Assembly (NCBI GenBank): GCA_965655095.1
Contig: OZ296658.1
Location: 17,484,001 to 17,548,000 of the forward strand
Reading direction: 5' to 3'
Length of the DNA: 64,000 nt
Source of the DNA: Haplodiscus bocki
Taxonomy: Eukaryota
In this document: in pieces, positions 34,101 to 46,818 of the stretch
How positions within the stretch are numbered: position 1 is the first letter of the stretch
Layout: each line of letters begins with the position of its first letter
Made by a program: the position numbers and the translations under genes
The notes under the pieces: generated by a model
The model's database searches: none
Told to the model about the DNA's origin: nothing
What the model saw: only the letters and a program-made list of their open reading frames with translations

Positions 34101-37100
34101 TAGGAACGGGGCTGTAACCAACTGAGCTATTGAAAACTGACGTGTTTTCTGACAAGCGGTCATCGCATCTGGATTTTCCCTTACGTTTTCTGACTTGTCT
34201 AAAAAGGTAATGATGCAAGTGAATCTGAAAGTGCTGACTGTGCCAAATTCGGTGCTTTCTGTAAGTAAGGAGTCTAATACAATTGAGTTGAGTTCAAGTT
34301 GATCAAAACCCTATTTTTAAATTGAGTCAAATCGGAAGTATATCTATCGTTAGAATTTTCATGCTGAAAGGCAAAACATTTCTCAAAAGTGGTCACGGAG
34401 TGCCAACTTCTGCACATCTCAAACTGTTTATACGTACGCCGTTGTAGGCGAGTCTTCAACTGGAGGTTGACAAGTAACGTTTAGAATCTGTCACACTGCG
34501 CAAACATCCTCCTTCACTGTTTCTCTGCGGTTACCGAAAAGTGTTGCCCCCGGTCCGACTGACACTGTCGATTTCCTTCCATCGCGTAGTGCCTGTTGGT
34601 ACAAAAGATCCGACCAACGAGGGTACCCAAGCTTTTTTCAACTGATTCAGTCTGCCTCCTGATTATCACATTTCTCACCACAGTTTCTTCCGTCACAAAA
34701 AGTTTTGTTGCTTCCGGGCAGGTTTGAGCTGCCGACTTCCGCTTTACTCGTACTGTCTATAAGTACGGTGCTCTAACCAACTGACCTACGGGAGCTTGAA
34801 AAGTTTTCTCTACTTTGTGTTTTATCAGAAACGGAGTTCTCAGTAGACTTTTCTGTTTGGTGTCGAAGCGCTTCTCTCGAAAAGAATCGAAGTGCTGGCA
34901 TCCACATATATCGTACTAGCTTTAGGAACGGGGCTGTAACCAACTGAGCTATTGAAAACTGACGTGTTTTCTGACAAGCGGTCATCGCATCTGGATTTTC
35001 CCTTACGTTTTCTGACTTGTCTAAAAAGGTAATGATGCAAGTGAATCTGAAAGTGCTGACTGTGCCAAATTCGGTGCTTTCTGTAAGTAAGGAGTCTAAT
35101 ACAATTGAGTTGAGTTCAAGTTGATCAAAACCCTATTTTTAAATTGAGTCAAATCGGAAGTATATCTATCGTTAGAATTTTCATGCTGAAAGGCAAAACA
35201 TTTCTCAAAAGTGGTCACGGAGTGCCAACATCTGCACATCTCAAACTGTTTATACGTACGCCGTTGTATGCGAGTCTTCAACTGGAGGTTGACAAGTAAC
35301 GTTTAGAATCTGTCACACTGCGCAAACATCCTCCTTCACTGTTTCTCTGCGGTTACCGAAAAGTGTTGCCCCCGGTCCGGCTGACACTGTCGATTTCCTT
35401 CCATCGCGTAGTGCCTGTTGGTACGAAAGATCCGACCAACGAGGGTACCCAAGCTTTTTTCAACTGATTCAGTCTGCCTCCTGATTATCACATTTCTCAC
35501 CACAGTTTCTTCCGTCACAAAAAGTTTTGTTGCTTCCGGGCAGGTTTGAGCTGCCGACTTCCGCTTTACTCGTACTGTCTATAAGTACGGTGCTCTAACC
35601 AACTGACCTACGGGAGCTTGAAAAGTTTTCTCTACTTTGTGTTTTATCAGAAACGGAGTTCTCAGTAGACTTTTCTGTTTGGTGTCGAAGCGCTTCTCTC
35701 GAAAAGAATCGAAGTGCTGGCATCCACATATATCGTACTAGCTTTAGGAACGGGGCTGTAACCAACTGAGCTATTGAAAACTGACGTGTTTTTGAACAAG
35801 CAGTCATCGCATCTGGACTTTCTTCTACGTTTTCTGACTTGTATAAAAATGTGATGATGCCAATGAATCTGAAAGTGCTGACTGTCTCAAATTCGGTACT
35901 TTCTGTAAGTAAGGAGTCTAATACAATTGAGTTGAGTTCAAGTTGATCAAAACCCTATTTTTAAATTGAGTCAAATCGGAAGTATATCTATCGTTAGAAT
36001 TTTCATGCTGAAAGGCAAAACATTTCTCAAAAGTGGTCACGGAGTGCCAACATCTGCACATCTCAAACTGTTTATACGTACGCCGTTGTAGGCGAGTCTT
36101 CAACTGGAGGTTGACAAGTAAAACGTTTAGAATCTGTCACACTGCGCAAACATCCTCCTTCACTGTTTCTCTGCGGTTACCGAAAAGTGTTGCCCCCGGT
36201 CCGGCTGACACTGTCGATTTCCTTCCATCGCGTAGTGCCTGTTGGTACGAAAGATCCGACCAACGAAGGTACCCTAGCTTTTTTCAACTGATTGAGTCTG
36301 CCCCCTGATTATCACATCTCTCACCACAGTGTCTTCTGTCACAAAAAGTTTTGTTGCTCCCGGGCAGGTTTGAGCTGCCGACTTCCGCATTACTCGTACT
36401 GTCTATAAGTACGGTGCTCTAACCAACTGACCTACGGGAGCTTGGAATGTTCTCTCTACTTTATGTTTTGTCAGAAACGGAGTTCTCAGTAGACTTTTCT
36501 GTTTGGTGTCGAAGCACTTCTCTCGAAAAGAATCGAAGTGCTGACATCCACATATACCATACTACCATTAAGAATGGGGCTGTAACCAACTGAACTATTG
36601 AAAAATGACGTGTTTTTTGACAAGCGGTCATCGCATCTGGATTTTCCCTTACGTTTTCTGACTTGACTAGAAAGGTAATGATGCCAGTGAATCTGAAAGT
36701 GCTGACTGTCTCAAATTCGGTACTTTCTGTAAGTAAGGAGTCTAATACATTTGAGTTGAGTTCAAGTTGATCAAAACCCTATTTTTAAATTGAGTCAAAT
36801 GGGAAGTATATCTATCGTTAGAATTTTCATGCTGAAAGGCAAAACATTTCTCAAAAGTGGTCACGGAGTGCCAACTTCTGCACATCTCAAACTGTTTATA
36901 CGTACGCCGTTGTAGGCGAGTCTTCAACTGGAGGTTGACAAGTAACGTTTAGAATCTGTCACACTGCGCAAACATCCTCCTTTACTGTTTCTCTCCGGTT
37001 ACCGAAAAGTGTTGCCCCCGGTCAGGCTGACACTGTCGATTTCCTTCCATCGCGTAGTGCCTGTTGGTACGAAAGATCCGACCAACGAGGGTACCCTAGC

Positions 37101-39678
37101 TTTTTTCAACTGATTCAGTCTGCCCCCTGATTATCACATTTCTCACCACAGTTTCTTCCGTCACAAAAAGTTTTGTTGCTCCCGGGCAGGTTTGAGCTGC
37201 CGACTTCCGCATTACTCGTACTGTCTATAAGTACGGTGCTCTAACCAACTGACCTACGGGAGCTTGAAAAGTTTTCTCTAATTTGTGTTTTATCAGAAAC
37301 GGAGTTATCAGTAGACTTTTCTGTTTGGTGCCGAAGCACTTCTCTTGAGAAGAATCGAAGTGCTGGCATCCACATATACCATACTACCATTAGGAATGGG
37401 GCTGTAATCAGCTGAGCTATTGCAAAATGACGTGTTTTTGAACAAGCAGTCATCGCATCTGGACTTTCTTCTACGTTTTCTGACTTGTATAAAAATGTGA
37501 TGATGCCAATGAATCTGAAAGTGCTGACTGTCTCAAATTCGGTACTTTCTGTAAGTAAGGAGTCTAATACAATTGAGTTGAGTTCAAGTTGATCAAAACC
37601 CTATTTTTAAATTGAGTCAAATCGGAAGTATATCTATCGCTAGAATTTTCATGCTGAAAGGCAAAACATTTCTCAAAAGTGGTCACGGAGTGCCAACATC
37701 TGCACATCTCAAACTGTTTATACGTACGCCGTTGTAGGCGAGTCTTCAACTGGAAGTTGACAAGTAACGTTTAGAATCTGTCACACTGCTCAAACATCCT
37801 CCTTTACTGTTTCTCTCCGGTTACCGAAAAGTGTTGCCCCCGGTCAGGCTGACACTGTCGATTTTCTTCCATCGCGTAGTGCCTGTTGGTACGAAAGATC
37901 CGCCCAACGAGGGTACTCTAGCTTTTTTCAACTGATTCAGTCTGCCCCCTGATTATCACATTTCTCACCACAGTTTCTTCCGTCACAAAAAGTTTTGTTG
38001 CTCCCGGGCAGGTTTGAGCTGCCGACTTCCTCATTACTCGTACTGTCTATAAGTACGGTGCTCTAACCAACTGACCTACGGGAGCTTGAAAAGTTTTCTC
38101 TACTTTGTGTTTTATCAGAAACGGAGTTCTCAGTAGACTTTTCTGTTTGGTGGCGAAGCACTTCCCTCGAGAAGAATCGAAGTGCTGGCATCCACATATA
38201 CCATACTACCATTTGGAATGGGGCTGTAATCAACTGAGCTATTGCAAAATGACGTGTGTTTTAACAAGCGGTCATCGCATCTGGATTTTCTTCTACGTTT
38301 TTTGACTTGTCTAAAAACGTAATGGTGCTGGTCAATCTGAAAGTGCCGATTAACCCAAATTCGGTACTGGCTGTAAGTAAGGACCCTAAAACAATTGAGT
38401 TGAAGTCAAGGGGACCATAACACTTTTTTTACAATTAGTCAAATCGGAAGTAAAACTATCGTTAGAATTTTTTTGCTGAAAAGAGAAACAATTCTTGAAA
38501 GTAGTCGCGAAGTGGCAACTTCTGCACATCTCAGACTGCCTATAGGTATACCGTTGTACTGCACATCCGAAACTGTCTATAGGTACACCGTTGTATGGGA
38601 GTCTTCAACTGGAGGTTGACGTGTAACGTTTAGAATCTGTCAAACTGCAAAAAAATCCTCCCTTAACTTTTCTGATCGGTAACCGAAAGGTGTTGCCCCT
38701 GGTCAGGTTGACCTTGTCAATTTCCTTCCTTTGCATACTGCCTATTGGTACGATAGATCGAACGACCAGGGTACGCTAGCTTTTTCAACTTTAAAAGTCT
38801 GTCCCCTGATGATAACATTCCTCACCACAGTTTCTTCCGTCACAAAAAGTTTTGTTGCTTCCGGGCAGGTTTGAGCTGCCGACTTCCGCATTACTCGTAC
38901 TGTCTATAAGTGCGACGCTCGAAGCAATTGAGCTACGGGAGCTCGAAAAGGTACTTTTATATTATGTTCTGTCGGAAACTAAGTTCTCAATAGAGTTTTT
39001 TTGTTTGCAGCAAAGCAGTTCTCGCGGGAGAAATTGAAGTAGCGACATCTACATATACCATAGTGCCAATAGGTACGGGCCTGTAATCAGCTGAGCTAAT
39101 GAATTGTAACGTGTGTTTTCTACAAACTGTGCCATCGCATCATGATTTTTCTCTACGTTTTCTGACTTTTATAAAAATGTTATGGTGCCGGTCAATCTGA
39201 AAGTGCCGATTGTCCCAAAATCGGAACTGTCTGTAAGTCAGGAGTTTTAAACAAGTGAGTTGAAAACAAGTCGACCACAGCCCTATTTTTACATTTAGTC
39301 AAATCGGATGTATAACTATCGTTAAAATTTTTGTACCGAAAGGAAAACATTTCCTAAAAGTTATCGGGAAGTGCCAACTTCTCCACATCTCAGACTGTCT
39401 ATAGGTACACCGTTGTATCCGATTCTCCGACTGGAGGTTGACATGTAACGTTTGGAATCTGTCGCACTGCGAAAACGTCCTCCATTTCCTTCTATGTTCG
39501 GTAACCGAAAGGTGTTGTCCTGGTCCGGCTGACGTTGCCGATTTCCTTTCATTGCTTACTGCCTATTGACTGGTGCGAAAATGCGACCAGAGAGGGTACA
39601 CTGGCTTTTTTCAACAGTTACAGTCTGTCCCCTGGTTATCACATTTCTCACCACAGTTTCTTCCTTCACAAAAAGTGT

Positions 39679-39765
39679 TGCTCCCGGGCAGGTTCGAACT
39701 GCCGACTTCCGCATATCTCGTACTGTCTATAAGTACGGTGCTCTAACCAACTGAGCTACGGGAGC
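39679..39765 (-). tRNA. tRNA-Ile-TAT: tRNA-Ile(UAU) with 13-nt intron, intact
   Basis: Identical to 24692-24778, with T5 terminator. Confidence 0.95.
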
Positions 39766-40589
39766 TTGGAATGATTGTCCTATTTTGTGTTCTATCAGAA
39801 ACGGAGTTCTCAGTAGACTTTTCTGTTTGTTAGCGACGCACTTCTCTCGAGAAGAATCGAAGTGGTGCCATCCACATATACGATACTACCATTAGGAACG
39901 GGGCTGTAGTCAACTGAGTCCTTGAAAAAAACGCGTTTTTTACAAGCGGTCATCGCGTCTGGATTTTCTTCTACGTTTTCTGACTTGTCTAAAAAGGTAA
40001 TGGTGCCGGTCAGTCTGAAAGTGCCGATTGTCCCAAATCAGGTACTGACTGTAAGTAAGGACTTTAATATAAGTGGTTAAGTTCAAATGGACCTCAACGC
40101 TGTTTTTACATTTAGCCAAATAATTATAGGTAGGTTTTTTGTGCTGAAAAGGAGAAAAAATCTCACAAGTGGTCGCGACGTGCCAACTTCTACTGAACTA
40201 CAACTGTTTTTCTTCAGTTAGTCCCAAGGGAAGTCTAATTATTGCTACGTGTTTTGTGTTGATCGAGTAAACAATTCGCAGGGGAAGTCTCGCAGTGCCT
40301 TTCTCCTCATATCACTTACCATCTAGGGGTTCGGCGTAGTAGGAATTTCTTCAAATGGAGGTTGACGTGAAACTCTTACAATCTGTCGAACCCGAAGGGA
40401 TATTCCACTAATTTGTCTGTTCCGTAACCGAAAAACACTGCCGCGGGACGGGCCCCAAACTGCTGAGTTCTTTTTCTCCAAATACCTTATTGTTACGGAG
40501 GATTTAACCAATGGAGCTGTGCAAGCTCATTTTTTTAACTGTTGCACTCTGTTTCCTGGTTCTCAGCACAGCTTCTTCAAAAAAAGAAT

Positions 40590-40675
40590 TACTCCCTGCA
40601 AGTTCGAACTGCCGACTACCGCAGATTTTGTACTGTCGGTAAGTACGGTGCTCTAACCAAATGACCTACAGGACC
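40590..40675 (-). pseudogene. Ile-derived pseudo-tRNA with anticodon TAC, one per full domain D unit (also ~42322, 44073, 45870, 47663, 50310, 52107, 53901)
   Basis: CCGTA CT-TAC-C; B box GTTCGAAC retained; acceptor, D and T stems disrupted; 1 nt short. Confidence 0.75.
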
Positions 40676-41410
40676 TTGAAAAAATTCATTTACTTTGTGT
40701 TCTGTCGTAAACGGAGTCCTCGATGCAATTTTTTATTGTTTGGCAGCAAAGCACTTCTCTCGAGAAGAATTGAACTACCGAAATTTACCATAATGCCAAT
40801 AGGTACGGGTCTGTACTCAGCTGAGTTACTGAATTGTAACGTGTGTTTTCTACAAACTGTGCCATCGCATCATGATTGTTCTCTACGTTTTCTGACTTGT
40901 CTAAAAAGGTTATGGTGCCGGTGAATCTGAAAGTTCCGATTGTCCCAAACTCGGAACTGTCTGTAAGTAAGGAGTATTATACAAGTGAGTTGAAAACAAG
41001 TGGACCACAACCCTATTTTTACTTTTAGTCAATTCGGATGTATAACTATTGTTAGAATTTTCGTGCTGAAAAGGAAAACAATTCTTAAAAGTTATCGGGA
41101 AGTGCCAACTTCTTCACATCTCAGACTGTCTATAGGTACACCGTTGTATCCGAATCTCCGTTTGGAGGTTGACATGTAACGTTTACAATCTGTCGCGCTG
41201 CGAAAACGTCGTCCATCACCCTTTCTGTTCGGTGACCGGAAGGTGTTGTACTGGTCCTGCTGACCCTGCCAATTTCCTTTCATCGCATACTGCCTATTGA
41301 TTGGTACGGTAGATCCGACCAGAGAGGGTACGCTGGCTTTTTTCAACAGTTACAGTCTGTCCCCTGGTTATCACATTTCTCACCACAGTTTCTTCCTTCA
41401 CAAAAAGTGT

Positions 41411-41497
41411 TGCTCCCGGGTAGGTTCGAACTGCCGACTTCCGCATATCTCGTACTGTCTATAAGTACGGTGCTCTAACCAACTGAGCTACGGGAGC
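41411..41497 (-). tRNA. tRNA-Ile-TAT: tRNA-Ile(UAU), near-intact (one T-stem mismatch)
   Basis: T-stem GGCAG/CTACC; otherwise identical to the intact copy. Confidence 0.65.
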
Positions 41498-43142
41498 TTG
41501 GATTGATTTTCCTATTTTGTGTTCTATCAGAAACGGAGTTCTCAGTAGACTTTTCTGTTTGGTAGCGAAGCACTTCTCTCGAGAAGAATCGAAGTGGTGC
41601 CAGCCACATATACGATACTACCATTAGGAACGGGGCTGTAGTCAACTGAGTCCTTGAAAAAAACGCGTTTTTTACAAGCGGTCATCGCGTCTGGATTTTC
41701 TTCTACGTTTTCTGACTTGTCTAAAAAGGTAATGGTGCCGGTCAGTCTGAAAGTGCCGATTGTCCCAAATCAGGTACTGACTGTAAGTAAGGACTTTAAT
41801 ATAAGTGGTTAAGTTCAAATGGACCTCAACGCTGTTTTTACATTTAGCCAAATAATTATAGGTAGGTTTTTTGTGCTGAAAAGGAGAAAAAATCTCACAA
41901 GTGGTCGCGACGTGCCAACTTCTACTGAACTACAACTGTTTTTCTTCAGTTAGTCCCAAGGGAAGTCTAATTATTGCTACGTGTTTTGTGTTGATCGAGT
42001 AAACAATTCGCAGGGGAAGTCTCGCAGTGCCTTTCTCCTCATATCACTTACCATCTAGGGGTTCGGCGTAGTAGGAATTTCTTCAAATGGAGGTTGACGT
42101 GAAACTCTTACAATCTGTCGAACCCGAAGGGATATTCCACTAATTTGTCTGTTCCGTAACCGAAAAACACTGCCGCGGGACGGGCCCCAAACTGCTGAGT
42201 TCTTTTTCTCCAAATACCTTATTGTTACGGAGGATTTAACCAATGGAGCTGTGCAAGCTCGTTTTTTTAACTGTTGCACTGTGTTTCCTGGTTCTCAGCA
42301 CAGCTTCTTCAAAAAAAGAATTACTCCCTGAAGGTTCGAACTGCCGACTACCGCAGATTTTGTACTGTCGGTAAGTACGGTGCTCTAACCAAATGACCTA
42401 CAGGACCTTGAAAAATTTCATTTACTTTGTGTTCTGTCGCAAACGAAGTTCTCGATGCAATTTTTTATTGTTTGGCAGCAAAGCACTTCTCTCGAGAAGA
42501 ATTGAAGTACCGACATTTACCATAATGCCAATAGGTACGGGTCTGTACTCAGCTGAGTTACTGAATTGTAACGTGTGTTTTCTACAAACTGTGCCATCGC
42601 ATCATGATTTTTCTCTACGTTTTGTGACTTGTCTAAAAAGGTTATGGTGCCGGTCAATCTGAAAATGCCGATTTTCCCAAAATCGGAACTGTTTGTAAGT
42701 AAGGAGTTTTATACAAATGAGTTGAAAGCAAGTGGACCACAACCCTATTTTTACTTTTAGTCAAATCGGATGTATAACTATCGTTAGAATTTTCGTGCTG
42801 AAAAGGAAAACAAATCTTAAAAGTTATCGGGAAGTGCCAACTTCTTCACATCTCAGACTGTCTATAGGTACACCGTTGTATCCGAATCTCCGACTGGAGG
42901 TTGACATGTAACGTTTAGAATCTGTCGCAGTGCGAAAACTTCGTCCATGACCTTTTCTGTTCGGTGACCGAAAGGTGTTATACTGGTCCTGCTGACCGTG
43001 CCGATTTCCTTTCATAGCATACTGCCTACTGATTGGTACGAAAGATCCGACCGGAGAGGGTACGCTGGCTTTTTTCAACAGTTACCGTCTGTCCCCTGGT
43101 TATCACATTTCTCACCACAGTTTCTTCCTTCACAAAAAGTGT

Positions 43143-43229
43143 TGCTCGCGGGCAGGTTCGAACTACCGACATCCGCATAACTCGTACTGTCTCTAAGTAC
43201 GGTACTCTAACCAACTGAACTACGGGAGC
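43143..43229 (-). pseudogene. Ile-body tRNA with anticodon shifted to TAG (Leu)
   Basis: CCGTA CT-TAG-A; D-stem GTTC/GAGT and T-stem GGTAG/CTGCC held by G.U pairs; one C.C acceptor-stem mismatch. Confidence 0.7.
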
Positions 43230-44936
43230 TTGGAATGATTTCCCTGTTTTGTGTTCTATGAGAAATGGAGTTCTCAGTAGACTTTTCTCTTTGGTGGCGA
43301 AGCATTTCTCTCGAGAAGAATCGAAGTGCTGGCATCCACATATACGATACTGCCATTTGGAACGGGGCTGTGATCAACTGAGTCCTTGAAAAAAAACGCG
43401 TTCTTTACAAGCGGTCATCGCATCTGGATTTTCCTCTACGTTTTCTGACTTGTCTAAAAAGGTAATGGTGCCGGTCAGTCTGAAAGTGCCGATTGTCCCA
43501 AATCCGGTACTGACTGTAAGTAAGGACTTTAATACAAGTGAGTTAAATTCAAGTGGACCGCAACGCTGTTTTTACATTTAACCAAACAGGAAGTATAGTT
43601 ATCGTTAGGTTTTTTGTGCTGAAAAGGAGAACAAATCTCTAAAGTGGTCGCGAAGTGCCAAATTCTACTGAACTACAACTGTACTTCTTCAGTTCGTCCC
43701 AGGGGAAGTCTAATTATTGCTACGTGTTTTGTGTTGATCGAGAAAACATTTCTCAGGGGAAATCTCGCAGTGCCTTTCTCCGCATATCACTTACCATCTA
43801 GGGGTTCGTCGTAGTAGGAAATTCTTGAAATGAAGGTTGACGTGAAACTGTTACAATGTGTCGAACCCGAAGGGATAATCCACTATTTTGTCTTTTCGGT
43901 AACCGAAAAAGACTGCCGCGGGACGTGCCCCAAACTGCTGAGTTCCTTTTCTCCAAATACCCTATTGTTACGGAGGACTTAACCAATGGAGCTGTGCAAG
44001 TTTGTTTTTTTAACTGTTGCACTCTGTTTCCTGGTTCTTCCATTTCTCAGCACAGTTTCTTCAAAAAAAGTATTACTCCCTGAAGGTTCGAACTGCCGAC
44101 TACCGCAGATTTTGTACTGTCGGTAAGTACGGTGCTCTAACCAAATGACATAGAGGACTTTGAAAAATTTAATTTACTTTGTGTTCTGTCGCAAACGGAG
44201 TCCTAGATGCAATTTTTTATTGTTTGGCAGCAAAGCACTTCTCGCGAGAAGAATTGAAGTACCGACATCAACATATACCATAATGCCAATAGGTACGGAT
44301 CTGTACTCAGCTGAGTTACTGAATTGTAACGTGTGTTTTCTACAAACTGTGCCATCGCATCATGATTTACCTCTACGTTTTGTGACTTGTCTAAAAAGGT
44401 TATGGTGCCGGTCAATCTGAAAATGCCGATTTTCCCAAAATCGGAACTGTTTGTAAGTAAGGAGTTTTATACAAATGAGTTGAAAACAAGTGGACCACAA
44501 CCCTATTTTTACATTTAGTCAAATCGGATATATAACTGTCGTTTGAATTTTCGTGCTGAAAAAGAAAACAATTCTTAAAATTATCGAGAAGTGCCAACTT
44601 CTCCACATCTCAGACTCTCTATAGTTACACCGTTGTACTGCACATCTCAGACTGCCTATGGGTACACCGTTGTATCCCAAACTCCGACTGGAGGTTGACA
44701 TGTAACGTTTAGAATCTGTCGCACTGCGAAAACGTCGTCCATTAACTTTTCTGTTCGGTGACCGGTAGGTGTTGTGCTGGTCGTGCTGACCCTGCCAATT
44801 TCCTTTCATCGCATACTGCCTATTGATTGGTACGAAAGATCCGACCAGAGAGGTTACGCTGGCTTTTTCCAAGAGTTACAGTCTGTCCCCTGGTTATCAC
44901 ATTTCTCACCACAGTTTCTTCCTTCACAAAAAGTGT

Positions 44937-45023
44937 TGCTCACGGGCAGGTTCGAACTCCAGACTTCCGCATATCTCGTACTTTCTATAAGTACGGTGCT
45001 CTAACCAACTGAGCTACGGGAGC
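44937..45023 (-). pseudogene. tRNA-Ile(UAU) pseudogene
   Basis: Acceptor-stem mismatch and two T-stem mismatches. Confidence 0.75.
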
Positions 45024-46731
45024 TTGGAATGATTTTCCTAATTTGTGTTCTATCAGAAACGGAGTTCTCAGTTGACTTTTCTGTTTGGTAGCGAAGCACT
45101 TCTCTCGAGAAGAATCGAAGTGCTGGCATCCACATATACGATACTGCCGTTAGGAGCGGGGCTGTAATCAACTGAGTCCTTGAAAAATAACGCGTTTTTT
45201 ACAAGCGGTCATCGCATCTGGATTTTCCTCTACGTTTTCTGACTTGTCTGAAAAGGTAATGGTGCCGGTCAATCTGAAAGTGCCGATTGTCCCAAATCCG
45301 GTACTGACTGTAAGTAAGGACTTTATTACAAGTGAGTTAAGTTCAAGTGGACGACAACGCTGTTTTTACATTTAGCCAAATAGGAAGTATATTTTTAGTT
45401 AGGTTTTTTGTGCTGAAAAGGAGAACAAATCTCTAAAGTGGTCGCGAAGTGCCAAATTCTACTGAACTACAACTGTACTTCTTCAGTTCGTCCCAAGGGA
45501 AGTCTAATTGTTGCTACGTGTTTTTTGTTCATCGAGAAAACAATTCTCAGGGGAAGTCTCGCAGTGCCCCTCTCCGCATTTCACTTACCATCTAGGGGTT
45601 CGTCGTAGTAGGAAATTCTTCAAATGAAGGTTGACGTGAAACTGTTACAATGTGTCGAACCCGAAGGGATAATCCACTATTTTGTCTTTTCGCTAAGCGA
45701 AAAAGACTGCCGCGGGACGGGCCCCAAACTGCTGAGTTCCTTTTCTCCAAATACCCTATTGTTACGGAGGACTTAACCAATGGAGCTGTGCAAGTTTGTT
45801 TTTTTTTAACTGTTGCACTCTGTTTCCTGGTTCTTCCAATTCTAAGCACAGTTTTTTGAAAAAAAGAATTACTCCCTGCAAGTTCGAACTGCCGACTCCC
45901 GCAGATTTTGTACTGTCGGTAAGTACGTTGCTCTAACCAAATGACCTACAGGACCTTGAAAAATTTCATTTACTTTGTGTTCTGTCGCAAACGGAGTTCT
46001 CGATGCAATTTTTTATTGTTTGGCAGCAAAGCACTTCTCGCGAGAAGAATTGAAGTACCGACATCAACATATACCATAATGCCAATAGGTACGGATCTGT
46101 ACTCAGCTGAGTTACTGAATTGTAACGTGTGTTTTCTACAAACTGTGCCATCGCATCATGATTGTTCTCTACGTTTTCTGACTTGTCTAAATAGGTTATG
46201 GTGCCGGTGAATCTGAAAGTTCCGATTGTCCCAAAATCGGAACTGTCCAAGTAAGGAGTTTTATACAAGTGAGTTGAAAACAAGTGGACCACAACCCTAT
46301 TTTTAAATTTAGTCAAATCGGATCTATAACTATCGTTAGAATTTTTGTGCTGAAGAGGAAAACAATTCCTAAATGTTATCGAGAAGTGCCAACTTCTCCA
46401 CATTTCAGACTCTCTATAGTTACACCGTTGTACTGCACATCTCAGACTGCCTATGGGTACACCGTTGTATCCCAAACTCCGACTGGAGGTTGACATGTAA
46501 CGTTTAGAATCTGTCGCACTGCGAAAACGTCGTCCATTAACTTTTCTGTTCGGTGACCGGTAGGTGTTGTGCTGGTCGTGCTGACCCTGCCGATTTCCTT
46601 TCATAGCATACTGCCTACTGATTGGTACGAAAGATCCGACCGGAGAGGGTACGCTGGCTTTTTTCAACAGATACCGTCTGTCCCCTGGTTATCACATTTC
46701 TCACCACAGTTTCTTCCTTCACAAAAAGTGT

Positions 46732-46818
46732 TGCTCCCGGGCAGGATCGAACTGCAGACTTCCGCATGTCTCGTACTGTCTATAAGTACGGTGCTCTAAC
46801 CAACTGAGCTACGGGAGC
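46732..46818 (-). tRNA. tRNA-Ile-TAT: tRNA-Ile(UAU), near-intact (G49T T-stem mismatch, T-loop TTCGATC)
   Basis: One stem mismatch and one intron substitution; A and B boxes intact. Confidence 0.55.

Larger units (their letters stand above)
22151..39600 (-). repeat. Domain C: 822/859-bp pentamers, with a 1681-bp dimer higher-order repeat (~23.0-29.7 kb) and homogeneous 822-bp runs (~32.3-36.3 kb)
   Basis: Best tRNA copies at 23011, 24692, 26373 and 28054 (period 1681 = 822 + 859; the 859 form carries a 37-bp tandem duplication). Variant copies at 33065, 33887, 34709 and 35531 (period 822). Confidence 0.92.
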
